The notes under the pieces are model-generated. The model was not told the origin of the DNA, did no database searches, and saw nothing but the letters and a program-made list of their open reading frames with translations. Made by a program: the position numbers and the translations under genes. Below are positions 40,248 to 49,984 of a stretch of DNA of 64,000 nucleotides, in pieces. This stretch comes from Chloroflexota bacterium (GTDB lineage Bacteria; Chloroflexota; Dehalococcoidia; SHYB01): the NCBI GenBank assembly GCA_016875535.1, contig VGPF01000002.1, positions 73,856-137,855 on the forward strand, written 5' to 3'. Within the stretch, counting starts at the first letter, position 1, and every line of letters begins with the position of its first letter.

Positions 40248-41492
40248 TTATGCCTGGGGCTGCCCCTCACTTGAGGCAACAGCCTCGGCGATCTGTGCGG
40301 CCATCGCAGTGCTGAGCGCAGGCCGCTCGACCCTTCTGTCGTCTTCGCCGCTCTTGTACTTGGCGAACAACTCCTCCGCTTCGGTCGTCTTCACTTGCTT
40401 GATACTTAATCCGATGCGGCGGCGCTCAGGTTCGATTCGCACAACCTTCACGGCAACCTTATCGCCCTCTCTAACGACATCTTTAGGGTGTTGAACCATT
40501 TTATCTGAAAGCTCAGAGATATGGATAAGGCCCTCGACGGACCCGTCCAACTGGGCGAAGGCGCCGAACGTCGCGAGTTTGCTGATGGTAGCAGGGATTA
40601 TCTGACCGATGGTATACGTGCTGGCCACCGCGGCCCACGGCTCCGCCTGGGTGCGCTTCAGGCTCAAGGCGATGCGCTTGGCCTTCCTGTCCACCTTGAT
40701 GACATAGACATCCACTTCATCGCCAACCTTAACTACCTCTTCAGGAGAACGGACGGACTTCCAGGAGAGCTCCGAGATGTGGATGAGGCCGTCTGCCCCG
40801 CCAAGGTCAACGAAGGCGCCGAAGCTGGTGACGCCGCTGATCCGACCTTTGCGGATATCCCCCTCTTTCAGCTCGTCCATGAGGCGGGTCTTTTTCGCCT
40901 GTCGGACTTCCTGGCTGGCGGCCCGCTCAGAGAGGATCGCCCGATTACGCTTCTTGTTGACCTCGATGAACTTAAGGTGCAGCTTCTTTCCCACAAGGCC
41001 GGAGAGGTCCGGGACCTCCGTGCTCCCGGCAGGCATGCGTGGAACGGAGGATATTTGTGAGAGAGGGATGAAGCCCTGCACGCCCTCCACCATCACGACG
41101 GCACCGCCTCTATTGTGGCCGATGACCTGTCCCTCGATGGCCCCGCCGGATTCGGCGTATTCCTGCAGTTTGCGCCAGCCTACTTCCCCAGCCGCGCGGT
41201 CCAGGGAGAGGATGGCATGCCCCTCTTCAGATTCAGGGCGGATGACGGTTACGACGATCTTGCCGCCGGGCTTGAACTGGTCCCAGGAATCCATCGGCAC
41301 ACTGCGCATCTCACGCGCGGGGACGACCCCTTCCGTCTTCTGGCCGACGTTCACAAGGAGGCCGTCCTTGTCCACCTTCATAATGACGCCGTCTACAACC
41401 TGGCCGCGTTCAAGTGACGTGAAGGTTCGATCAGCTTCATCAAGCAGCCGATCCATCTGGGCGCCGTCATCAGACGGGGGTTTAGTGACCAT
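40248..41492 (-). CDS. rpsA: 30S ribosomal protein S1 (four S1 domains)
   Basis: Repeated FGAFVDLGG.DGLIHISEL S1 motifs. Confidence 0.93.
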   Translation of the reverse strand: MVTKPPSDDGAQMDRLLDEADRTFTSLERGQVVDGVIMKVDKDGLLVNVGQKTEGVVPAREMRSVPMDSWDQFKPGGKIVVTVIRPESEEGHAILSLDRAAGEVGWRKLQEYAESGGAIEGQVIGHNRGGAVVMVEGVQGFIPLSQISSVPRMPAGSTEVPDLSGLVGKKLHLKFIEVNKKRNRAILSERAASQEVRQAKKTRLMDELKEGDIRKGRISGVTSFGAFVDLGGADGLIHISELSWKSVRSPEEVVKVGDEVDVYVIKVDRKAKRIALSLKRTQAEPWAAVASTYTIGQIIPATISKLATFGAFAQLDGSVEGLIHISELSDKMVQHPKDVVREGDKVAVKVVRIEPERRRIGLSIKQVKTTEAEELFAKYKSGEDDRRVERPALSTAMAAQIAEAVASSEGQPQA

Positions 41493-41523
41493 CGCAGTCA
41501 GCCTTCTTCACCAGATTACAAGC

Positions 41524-41552
41524 ATTATAGTTTAGACCCCACCCGGTGTAAA
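41524..41552 (-). promoter_or_regulatory. rpsA promoter
   Basis: TTTACA-N17-TATAAT. Confidence 0.8.
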
Positions 41553-41663
41553 GGTGGCGAAAAGAGGAAATGCCTGTACTCAACCATACGCTCCGGGCCC
41601 GCTCGCGGATGGGCTGCGCTTCCTGTAGACAAGCGAAGGCCGTCTGTTTAGGAAGCTGCTGGA

Positions 41664-41694
41664 AAATCGAAAGGCTCAGCTTGCGCTGAGCCTT
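41664..41694 (-). terminator. Terminator after 5S rRNA
   Basis: AAGGCTCAGC-GCAA-GCTGAGCCTT followed by T-rich tail. Confidence 0.8.
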
Positions 41695-41701
41695 CTAAAG
41701 T

Positions 41702-41822
41702 GCCCTGGCAGTGGCATATTTTCCGCGGAGACTTCCGTCCCTAGTATCGTCTGCGCTGGTGCGTTTCACTTCCGTGTTCGGGATGGGAACGGGTGGGTCC
41801 ACACCGCTCTGACCACCAAAGC
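41702..41822 (-). rRNA. rrf: 5S rRNA, stand-alone
   Basis: CCCGTTCCCATCCCGAACACGGAAGTGAAAC, GACGATACT, paired ends GCTTTGGTGG/CTGCCAGGGC. Confidence 0.97.
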
Positions 41823-41828
41823 CTATGT

Positions 41829-41857
41829 AGTATACCCCATCCCGTGCCCTCGCTCAA
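41829..41857 (-). promoter_or_regulatory. Dedicated 5S promoter
   Basis: TTGAGC-N17-TATACT with 6 nt between the -10 and the 5S 5' end. Confidence 0.8.
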
Positions 41858-41947
41858 CCAGCTCCACCATATCTGATGATTCCTTGACACCCCAAGATTG
41901 GATACCTGAGAATACACAAGCCTACTACTTCCGAAAGAGGCCTCCCC

Positions 41948-43135
41948 ATGGACAAACCAGTCATCATTGACGGTGCGCGCACGGCGATCGGCCGCTTCGG
42001 CGGCGGCTTCAAAGACTTCTCCGCAGCCGATCTCGGCGGCGTGGTCATCAAAGAAGCGTTGAAGCGCTCCCACGTAGACCCCGCGCAGGTGGACGAGGTG
42101 ACGGTCGGCAACGTCCTCCAGATGAACAACGATAGCTATACGGCCCGTCTCGCCTCCCTCAGCGCGGGCGTTCCCAAAGAAGTGCCGGCCATGACCATCA
42201 ACCGCTGGTGCTCCTCCGGGCTGGAGGCCATCAACTTCGGCGCGCAGCTCATCATGACGGGAGAGGCGGAGACCGTCGTAGGCGCGGGCACGGAGAACAT
42301 GAGCCAGACGCCGTACCTTGTGCCATATGTGGCTCGGTGGGACGGCCTCCGCCTCGGCGATGCCACTCTCAAGGACGGCCTTGTGGGGGCCCTCAACTGC
42401 CCGGTGAACCACTACCACATGGGCGTGACTGCGGAGAACGTCGCCTCTCGCTATGAGGTGAGCCGGGACGAGCAAGACAAGTTGGCCCTTCTCAGCCAGC
42501 AGCGCGCCGGTCGTGCCCAAAAAGATGGCAGGTTCAAGAAGCAGATCGTCCCTGTCTCCATCCCCCAGCGCAAGGGCGACCCGAAGATCGTGGAGACGGA
42601 CGAGCATGTCCGCGCCGATACGACGATGGAGGGCCTGGCCAAGCTCCAGCCCGCCTTCAAGAAGGGCGGCACAGTAACCGCCGGCAACGCTTCCGGCCTG
42701 AACGATGGCGCGGCGGCCGTGGTGATGATGTCCGCCGCAAAGGCAAAGAGCCTGGGCCTCAAACCGCGCCTGCGCTGGTACGCTCGCGCCGTAGCAGGGG
42801 TCGACCCCAGCGAGATGGGGACAGGTCCGGTGCCTGCGGTCCGCAAACTGCTTAAGAAGACCGGCATGTCTATCAAGGACATTGACGTCATTGAGCTGAA
42901 TGAGGCTTTTGCCGCCCAGGCCGGTTACTGCATCCGGGAGCTTGGCCTGGACATGGAGAAGACAAACATCAACGGCAGCGGCATCTCCTTGGGGCATCCC
43001 GTAGGGGCCACCGGCGCCATCATGACGGTGAAGGCGATGGAGGAGCTGGAGCGCACAGGCGGCGAGTTCGCCCTGGTGACGATGTGCGTGGGCGGCGGCC
43101 AAGGCGTTGCCACGCTGTTCCAACGCTTGAACTAG
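41948..43135 (+). CDS. Acetyl-CoA acetyltransferase (thiolase)
   Basis: [42 protein letters not shown]. Confidence 0.97.
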   Translation: MDKPVIIDGARTAIGRFGGGFKDFSAADLGGVVIKEALKRSHVDPAQVDEVTVGNVLQMNNDSYTARLASLSAGVPKEVPAMTINRWCSSGLEAINFGAQLIMTGEAETVVGAGTENMSQTPYLVPYVARWDGLRLGDATLKDGLVGALNCPVNHYHMGVTAENVASRYEVSRDEQDKLALLSQQRAGRAQKDGRFKKQIVPVSIPQRKGDPKIVETDEHVRADTTMEGLAKLQPAFKKGGTVTAGNASGLNDGAAAVVMMSAAKAKSLGLKPRLRWYARAVAGVDPSEMGTGPVPAVRKLLKKTGMSIKDIDVIELNEAFAAQAGYCIRELGLDMEKTNINGSGISLGHPVGATGAIMTVKAMEELERTGGEFALVTMCVGGGQGVATLFQRLN

Positions 43136-43170
43136 CGCTGGGCATCTCCGACAATAGACTGGTTGCGCAT

Positions 43171-43245
43171 GGGGCTGTAGCTCAGCGGTAGAGCATCCGG
43201 TTTGCATCCGGGGGGTCAGGGGTTCAAATCCCCTCAGCTCCACCA
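43171..43245 (+). tRNA. tRNA-Ala(TGC), CCA encoded
   Basis: GGGGCTG/CAGCTCC acceptor stem with G3:U70, anticodon loop TTTGCAT, GTTCAAATC T-loop. Confidence 0.97.
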
Positions 43246-43257
43246 TGCCTTGCCACG

Positions 43258-43911
43258 CTACGGATCCAACTCTCCGTGAGGGTTCCGCCCATGCAGCGCG
43301 CTCAAATAGTGAGGAAGCACACGGGCCTTGTAGACACCCTCTAACTTGTCCATGAGTGCATAGGGGGCCGATTCATAGCAGACTACGGCCTTAGTCTCTT
43401 TCTTCACAATCTCTATGACGGTGCCTAGGCTATCGGCAAGGCCGCCTGTGCCTTCCAACACACCGATGACTTTGCCCTCTTCATAGGCGATAGCAAACTC
43501 TCCAAGAGTGCCCGAACGTCCGCCTGCGAAAACCACCACGTCGCAGCTTCTGATGTTCTCGATTTCGCGTCCCATCAGCCCGCTGCCAGTGTAGATAATC
43601 GTGTCATAGCCAAAGGTTGGTGAGCGGTATTTGGTCACGTGCTCTTCAAGGTTATGGCCGGGTGAAATGCCGACAACAAAGCCGCCGATCTCTTTAGCCC
43701 CGGCAACGGCCTCGTGAGGCAGTCCAGGACAGGCTCCCGTGATGAGCACATGCCCGCGCTGAGCGATGGCTCTGCCTAGGTCGCGCAGCACACGGCGTAT
43801 TCCGTCCGAAATGCTCCCTCCCGCCGACCCCATAACTCCAACAGTCATCCGTGGCAGGAGCACGGGCTGAGGCACGACTGCCGCGTCACGCTGCATGCGC
43901 ATATGGGTCAT
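43258..43911 (-). CDS. SLOG/LOG family (TIGR00725-like) nucleotide-binding protein
   Basis: VGVMGS, ITGACPGLP, VGISP, GGRSGTLGE, GTGG; GGGAG RBS before ATG 43911. Confidence 0.88.
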   Translation of the reverse strand: MTHMRMQRDAAVVPQPVLLPRMTVGVMGSAGGSISDGIRRVLRDLGRAIAQRGHVLITGACPGLPHEAVAGAKEIGGFVVGISPGHNLEEHVTKYRSPTFGYDTIIYTGSGLMGREIENIRSCDVVVFAGGRSGTLGEFAIAYEEGKVIGVLEGTGGLADSLGTVIEIVKKETKAVVCYESAPYALMDKLEGVYKARVLPHYLSALHGRNPHGELDP

Positions 43912-44086
43912 TTGGTCTCCCTCTAGCAGAACACGGCCTCTGCACATCTCTCACGAAAGGGGACACTTTCCTTCTTCAAGCTTCCCTGAAAAGGTCTCGC
44001 TTGCCCACGGTGCCGGCACCTAATGTGGAGTGAGGGCGTGCATGGTCTCTCCGCTATCTTCCACTCCGGCCGTGGCCCTAAGAACA

Positions 44087-44166
44087 TTCACACCGCCTTC
44101 ACATTCCACCATCCTTTCTTCACTTCTATCTCACGTCTCTTCATGAAACTTAAAAGGTCGCTCACG
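44087..44166 (+). promoter_or_regulatory. Helically phased array of YTCAC-like half-sites
   Basis: Sites at 44087, 44098, 44119, 44130, 44140, 44150 and 44161. Confidence 0.5.
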
Positions 44167-44216
44167 TTCAGCCGTCGGCGGATAGAGGCTTAGCGGCGAC
44201 AGAAGGGACAGCTCTC

Positions 44217-46781
44217 ATGCAGATACTAAAGCTGCGTGTACTTGCAGTAGTCACGGTGCTCGCTCTAGCCCTAAGCTTGATTACCTCAACCATCGTTCTC
44301 AGCGCCCCCAGTGCACAAGCTCAACAGCCTCCGCCTCAGGTCCCCAATCCTCAGATACCGACACCCCCGATCCCGGCGCCTCCAACACCTTCGGTCCCAA
44401 CTCCGCCGCCCCACGGCGGGCCTCCCGATATCAACATCGAGATCCCTAAGGGTACCGGGATTGATATCCCAGCCTTCGCCAAGGAAGCACTCTCCGACCA
44501 AGAGTTTATTGACGTCTTCTGCGCAACGGCGCGCTGGCAGACGCAAATCTTCTTCGATGTGATGGACGTGATGAGCGCCGCCATGCCCAAGGTGCACGCT
44601 GCAGCGAAGAGGTCGGGCGTTGACCTCACGATCCCCGATATCGGTAAAGCGAAGAGCGAAGGTGAAGCAAAGCTCAGTGCGCTCTGCGCCGTGAAAACTG
44701 TCGCGCAAGCCCAAGACAGCCTCACGGACTTGCTGACGTTCGCGAACGATCAGCGCACCCTATTCATGGGCATGGGCCAGTTGATTGAGCAGCAGATGAC
44801 GGCCGCAGGGACACGGCTGCAGGCCTCGATCGAAGGGCAGCTCACCCAGTTCGTCAACGCGGAAGCATCACGCCTCCAGGCAGAGATCGAAGGTGCGGTT
44901 TCGGGCTTCGTCGCCTCCGCTCTCGCCGCCGCCGGCCCAAGGCCGAACCCGGCCGCGATCACCGCTGCCGTCACGGCACAGGTGAACGCCTTAGTGGCGC
45001 AGAAAGAGACAGAACTGACCCAGCGCATCCAAGCGCGTGTGGATAGCATCGTGGCCGCGGAGACGGGGTCTCTGCGCGAGATCGAAGAAGTGCTGACGGA
45101 AATGGGCAAGCAGATTGACCCGTTGATCCTCAACGGTTCGGCGAAGGCCCAGGCCTACAAGAAGCAGGCGCTGGATAAACGGAAAGCCCTTGTCAGCAAG
45201 ATGATTGATGCGAACATCGCGAAGGCCAGGGCCCAGATGGAGCCCTATCGGAAGGACCTTGATGCCGCAAAGGCGAAGGATCCCACTGTTAAAAGCATTG
45301 ACGATATCACCGCCCAGCTGAACAGTGAACGCCGGACGCTTGAGCGCACTATTGACGAACTCTTCGCGCCAAACATCATCAGCGCCGAAGCTGAGGCACG
45401 ATTCCGCGCAGCTGTGGAAGAGTTCGCCCAGCGATGGGAGAACCTCTCCAAGGAAGCCGGCAAGACCAAGATAAGCTGGGCGACCCTTATCCAGATTGTG
45501 CGGCCTCAGCTTGCAGCGGCTAAGGCCCAATTGCAGCAAGCCCTCCAGGAAATCAACCAGGTCCAAGCCCAGGCGACAGGCAAGACAGACTCCCAAAGCC
45601 TGGCCGTCAATGCGCTTGCCTCCGACCTCAATGCCCTCAAGGGCCGAATCAACGCGCTGGTCACTCGCGTTGATTCAGCTATCTCCACGCTGGATGGGCC
45701 CGCGCCCGCCGAACTGCCCCAGTCCTTCCTTGACCAGCTCACCGCACTACAGAAGGACGGCGAAGCTCTCTTAGCTGATGTGAAAGGCGTGGACTACAAG
45801 GCCACAAAGCGGCTCTCTCTGCTCATCCAAGCAGAAGACCAGTTCGCTGCATCAGTCGCACGGCCGGGCACCTCTTGGGACTCCACCGAGGAAGTGCGTC
45901 CATCCTGGAGGAAGGATTGGATAGGGACTGGGGATTGGTACCTCTCGCGCGGAGGGGACAAGCTCTCCTATCGCTTCGATGTCCCGAACGATGGCGTCTT
46001 TTACATCTGGGTGAGGGACATGCGCGACGATAAACACCCCTACGGTGCACGCAGCATCAATATCGCCATAGACGGCAAGCTCCTAGGTGAATTCAACGAA
46101 GTACAGCAAGCCAATGATCGCTTCCTCTGGCACCGTTTGACTGCCCAGGGCGATGCGACCAGACCCTTTACCGTCGCCATTTCCGCGGGCTCACATGTCA
46201 TGGAAGTCTCCAAGGCGCGGACGACCTCAGCCGCCGCTGTTCTGGACGCCTATTACTTCACCACAGATGCACAAGAGACACCCCCGACGGTGTTGCCCAC
46301 CCAGCCGAAGCCTCCGAAAGTAGAGAGTATCCTGCGGCAAGCTGAAGATGAAACGTCCGCCTCCGTAGCCAAGCCGGGCACGTCATGGGACTCACGCGAG
46401 GAGATCCGCCCATCTTGGAGGCCGGGCTACACCGGCGAAGGCGTGTGGTACATCTCCCGCCGGGGCGATAAGCTGACCTACCAATTCACGGTCCAATCTG
46501 ACGCTGAGTTCTACCTCTGGGTCCGCGATCTGGACGATGGCAAACACGCACCGGGCGCCCGGAACGTCATCTTGGACATTGATAACGGAGCGTATCGCTT
46601 CAATGCGGGAGACGCGGTCACAAAGGACAACCAGTTCCACTGGAGACGGGTCGGCCAGAGCATCCGCATCCGCCTCAAGCCCGGCACCCATACGCTGGTC
46701 ATCGAAAAGCCGGCGACTACATCCGCGGCCTTTGTGATTGACGCCTTCCTCCTCACTACTGACCCCCAGGCGGTTCCCTAA
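44217..46781 (+). CDS. Large secreted protein: signal peptide, Pro-rich linker, long helical region, two tandem CBM-like beta-sandwich domains
   Basis: Hydrophobic N-terminus ending AQA; two similar QAED..PGTSWDS.EE.RPSWR..WY.SR.GDKL.Y.F..WVRD..D.KH..GAR..TTSAA..DA..TTD domains. Confidence 0.85.
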   Translation: MQILKLRVLAVVTVLALALSLITSTIVLSAPSAQAQQPPPQVPNPQIPTPPIPAPPTPSVPTPPPHGGPPDINIEIPKGTGIDIPAFAKEALSDQEFIDVFCATARWQTQIFFDVMDVMSAAMPKVHAAAKRSGVDLTIPDIGKAKSEGEAKLSALCAVKTVAQAQDSLTDLLTFANDQRTLFMGMGQLIEQQMTAAGTRLQASIEGQLTQFVNAEASRLQAEIEGAVSGFVASALAAAGPRPNPAAITAAVTAQVNALVAQKETELTQRIQARVDSIVAAETGSLREIEEVLTEMGKQIDPLILNGSAKAQAYKKQALDKRKALVSKMIDANIAKARAQMEPYRKDLDAAKAKDPTVKSIDDITAQLNSERRTLERTIDELFAPNIISAEAEARFRAAVEEFAQRWENLSKEAGKTKISWATLIQIVRPQLAAAKAQLQQALQEINQVQAQATGKTDSQSLAVNALASDLNALKGRINALVTRVDSAISTLDGPAPAELPQSFLDQLTALQKDGEALLADVKGVDYKATKRLSLLIQAEDQFAASVARPGTSWDSTEEVRPSWRKDWIGTGDWYLSRGGDKLSYRFDVPNDGVFYIWVRDMRDDKHPYGARSINIAIDGKLLGEFNEVQQANDRFLWHRLTAQGDATRPFTVAISAGSHVMEVSKARTTSAAAVLDAYYFTTDAQETPPTVLPTQPKPPKVESILRQAEDETSASVAKPGTSWDSREEIRPSWRPGYTGEGVWYISRRGDKLTYQFTVQSDAEFYLWVRDLDDGKHAPGARNVILDIDNGAYRFNAGDAVTKDNQFHWRRVGQSIRIRLKPGTHTLVIEKPATTSAAFVIDAFLLTTDPQAVP

Positions 46782-46791
46782 GGGGACAGCC

Positions 46792-47709
46792 ATGAACACC
46801 CACAGCAACTCACGGATCGCCATACTAAAGTTCGCCGTCCTCGGCCTTCTGTTGGTCGCTCTCCTCGCGCCCACAGTCGCCCATGCCCAAGCGAAAAAGC
46901 CGCCGACACTTAAGATTGACAAGCCCGCCAACGGCGCCACGGTGCGCGACACGGTCACTGACCTGAAGTTCAAAGTCTCCAATTTCAAGCTCAGCACAAA
47001 GGGCATCGGCGGTGCACCGAAGAGCGGCGAAGGCTACTTGCGCATCGAAGTGAACGGCGCGCTGCTCGCGGCGACAGCCGGCACAAGCATGAAAATCACA
47101 GGCTACACTGTTGGAGCAAATACCATCGTGGCCGAGTTGATGGACTATGACCGCACGCCCCTTGAGCCATCCGTTCGCATCGAATCGTCCTTCACCTACC
47201 AGGCGACGGGGAGGACCGTGAAGCCCGATAGCAAGACCCTCCACGTTCAGAGCGCCCTTACCGCGATTCCGACGACGGCCCCGACGGCACGGCCGACGCT
47301 TCCTGCCGCACCACCCCCGCCTTCCACAACATCCACCCCAACGTCGCCTCCTGCCCTCACCCCATCTCGCCCATCCTCACCAACGGCCGCGACGCCGCCA
47401 ACGGCGACACCCAGCGCAACCGTTGCGCCCACGCCGACAGGCCCGACATTGACGAGCGCCCTTGGCAACCTCTCCACTTTTAGTTTCGGCAACCTTCAGC
47501 CAACCCCGGGATTCGATAGCGTCTCCGGCTTGAATGTTGGTGACGTCTCCTTGCCCACCGGCTACCTCTCACCTACCGGTTCGAACCTGAACTTCAACTA
47601 TCAAAGCTTCTACGCGCTGCAAACGCCGACCATCCCCCAAATCACCATCCCTCCGGGCATCCCCACTGGCCCGGGAGGCGGCTTCCCAATGCCTCCGCCT
47701 GGGTTCTAG
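46792..47709 (+). CDS. Secreted protein with an Ig-like domain and a Pro/Thr-rich tail
   Basis: Signal peptide (..TVAHAQA), PTLKIDKPANGATV Ig-like start, PT-rich linker. Confidence 0.8.
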   Translation: MNTHSNSRIAILKFAVLGLLLVALLAPTVAHAQAKKPPTLKIDKPANGATVRDTVTDLKFKVSNFKLSTKGIGGAPKSGEGYLRIEVNGALLAATAGTSMKITGYTVGANTIVAELMDYDRTPLEPSVRIESSFTYQATGRTVKPDSKTLHVQSALTAIPTTAPTARPTLPAAPPPPSTTSTPTSPPALTPSRPSSPTAATPPTATPSATVAPTPTGPTLTSALGNLSTFSFGNLQPTPGFDSVSGLNVGDVSLPTGYLSPTGSNLNFNYQSFYALQTPTIPQITIPPGIPTGPGGGFPMPPPGF

Positions 47710-47834
47710 GGCTACGTTAAAACCGTGGCTGCACCACAAGCCCGGAATCTCCCGGGCCTGTCGCTCTTCCATGGGTTGCCTTCCTCGATTGACGGCAATA
47801 GACTAAGAGGTACCCTCTCCGGATGTGCCATCTC

Positions 47835-48032
47835 ATGAGCCTCACCGCCGCGGAACGAACCGAACTAACCACCCTCTTCAGCAACCTTGTCGCTCGCATC
47901 CATGACCTCCCGCTTTCCAACATCCAGTCGCTGTGGGACATTGACGAGCGTATGAAGAGCGACCGCCTAACCGCTGACGACTTGAAGCGCCTCCGCGAGT
48001 TGACCGCGCACATTGCCTCAAAGCCCAGATGA
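47835..48032 (+). CDS. Small hypothetical protein
   Basis: Helical 65-aa ORF with ATGA coupling to the next ORF. Confidence 0.5.
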   Translation: MSLTAAERTELTTLFSNLVARIHDLPLSNIQSLWDIDERMKSDRLTADDLKRLRELTAHIASKPR

Positions 48033-48325
48033 AGACGTTAGAGATCGCCTTCCTTGGCGATGCCACCTACCGCCCGAGCGAGATCGTTGCCGATCTGCGC
48101 AACGCCACGGAGAGCTTCTTCCATCCCATGCGCATCGTCGGCTATTGGGACGACCCTTCGAACGATCATACCTGCCCGCAATCCCTCTTCGGCCGGAGAT
48201 GCCCCCATGTCCTGCCGCAGGGAGACGCCGGGCGCGTGGACTACCTAGAGACAGTCCAGCGAGACCTCAACGCCGTCCTGCACATCCACTATCCGCACGC
48301 TCGCGTCCATTTCTATCTGGGATAA
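48029..48325 (+). CDS. Hypothetical protein
   Basis: 98-aa ORF in an apparent operon with the NDH-2 gene; HTC...CPH. Confidence 0.6.
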   Translation: MKTLEIAFLGDATYRPSEIVADLRNATESFFHPMRIVGYWDDPSNDHTCPQSLFGRRCPHVLPQGDAGRVDYLETVQRDLNAVLHIHYPHARVHFYLG

Positions 48326-48340
48326 TGTGAGCGACCCCTC

Positions 48341-49978
48341 ATGAACCCCCTCCATTCTCCGGCAACCTCCCAAGCGCCTCGCGTTGTTATCCTCGGCGGA
48401 GGCTACGGAGGCATCTACGCCGCCCTTGGGCTACAGAAACAAGCAAAACGCGGACACATCGCCCTCTCCTTGATCAGCCGGGACAATTACTTTCAGTTCC
48501 AACCCATGCTGGCTGAGGTTCTCTCCGGAAGCATCGAGCCGCCGCACGTCGTGAACCCCATCAGGCGACTCTGCAAGCATCTGGACTTCCACCAGGCAGA
48601 AATTATTGGTGTTGACACCAAGAACCGATGTGTGAGCGTCCGCTATCCCGGGCAAACGTCCGATCACACGATCTCCTACGACCACCTGCTCGTAGCCGTC
48701 GGCAGCGGCAGCGACCTTACGATGCTCCCAGGCATGTCTGAACATGCCTTCGCCTTCCGCAGCATCGGCGACGCCTTCCGCCTCCGGAACCACATCATCG
48801 GCATCCTGGAAGAGGCCGAGGTGGAAGAGAACCCGCTCCGCAAGCAGGCGCTGATGACCTTCGTTATCGCCGGAGGCGGGTACACAGGCATCGAAGTGGC
48901 TGCGGAGATCAACTCCTTCGTGAAGGAAGCGGCCAAGAGCTATCGCAAGGTCCGCCCGTCAGATGTGAAAGTCATCGTGCTTCAAGCCATGGACCGGATC
49001 CTCCCAGAGCTTACACCCGACCTGGCCGCATTCAGCCATCGCATCCTCGAACACCGCGGTATCGACATCCGCCTGAAAACGCTCCTTAAGGGAGCGACAG
49101 CCGAACGGGCCATACTCGCCGATGGAACCGCGATCCTCACCCGTACCCTTGTGGCCGCCATCGGCTCCTCCACGAATCCCGTTGTACGCACACTGAGCGG
49201 CGAGCACGATAAGAAGGGCCGCCTGGTCACCGATGAGCTGCTCCGCGTCCGCGGTCTGGAAAACGTCTGGGCTGTCGGCGATTGCGCCTCCATCCCAGAC
49301 CTCGTAACCGGCGGCGCCTGCCCGCCGACTGCCCAATACGCTCTTCGTGAATCGCGGCACGTCGCGAAGAACATCAAGGCAGTTGTCAGCGGCAGACAGC
49401 CCAAGCCCTTCCGATTTAAGATCCTCGGCGTCTTTGTCCCGCTCGGAAGGTTCACCGGAGCTGCGCAAGTCTTCAACCTGCGCCTCTCCGGCTTTGTCGC
49501 GTGGTTCCTCTACCGAACCTATTATCTCTATCAATTGCCGCGCGTGGAACGGAAGCTTCGCGTCCTGATCGATTGGAATCTGGAACTCTTCTTCCGCCGC
49601 GATATCGTCAAGCAAGAGGTCCACGCCAGCGACGCCGTCGCCCGCGCCCATTATGAAGAGGGGGAGACGATCTTTTCGGAAGGTGAAATCGCCAACCGCT
49701 TCTATATCATCCTGAAGGGCAAAATCCAGATATCACGCCTGCGCAACAGCCACCGGGAGGAAATCGCGACCCTGGGTCCGGGTGAGTTCTTCGGCGAAGT
49801 TTCTCTCTTGCGCGGGGGGATGCGCACTGCAACCGTTCGCGCCGTCACGCCGGTGGATCTCCTGACGATGGACGGGACCGACTTCCGCGCCATCGCCAGC
49901 ACATCGAAGCAGTTCAACGAGATGATCGAAGAGACGATTCGCCGCCGGGCTCAGATGCCCCCGCAGCAGCATAGATAG
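48341..49978 (+). CDS. Type II NADH dehydrogenase-like flavoprotein fused to a C-terminal cNMP-binding domain
   Basis: GGGYGG, YDHLLVAVG, AGGGYTGIE, WAVGD, PPTAQ; C-terminal IFSEGE..FYII..G..FFGEVSLL...RTATV. Confidence 0.92.
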   Translation: MNPLHSPATSQAPRVVILGGGYGGIYAALGLQKQAKRGHIALSLISRDNYFQFQPMLAEVLSGSIEPPHVVNPIRRLCKHLDFHQAEIIGVDTKNRCVSVRYPGQTSDHTISYDHLLVAVGSGSDLTMLPGMSEHAFAFRSIGDAFRLRNHIIGILEEAEVEENPLRKQALMTFVIAGGGYTGIEVAAEINSFVKEAAKSYRKVRPSDVKVIVLQAMDRILPELTPDLAAFSHRILEHRGIDIRLKTLLKGATAERAILADGTAILTRTLVAAIGSSTNPVVRTLSGEHDKKGRLVTDELLRVRGLENVWAVGDCASIPDLVTGGACPPTAQYALRESRHVAKNIKAVVSGRQPKPFRFKILGVFVPLGRFTGAAQVFNLRLSGFVAWFLYRTYYLYQLPRVERKLRVLIDWNLELFFRRDIVKQEVHASDAVARAHYEEGETIFSEGEIANRFYIILKGKIQISRLRNSHREEIATLGPGEFFGEVSLLRGGMRTATVRAVTPVDLLTMDGTDFRAIASTSKQFNEMIEETIRRRAQMPPQQHR

Positions 49979-49984
49979 CTTCGG

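Noticed and set aside
41859..41870. 12-bp match (CAGCTCCACCAT) to the tRNA-Ala 3' end as a possible att site
   Set aside because: Short, upstream rather than downstream of the tRNA, next to the 5S promoter, no integrase; chance cannot be excluded
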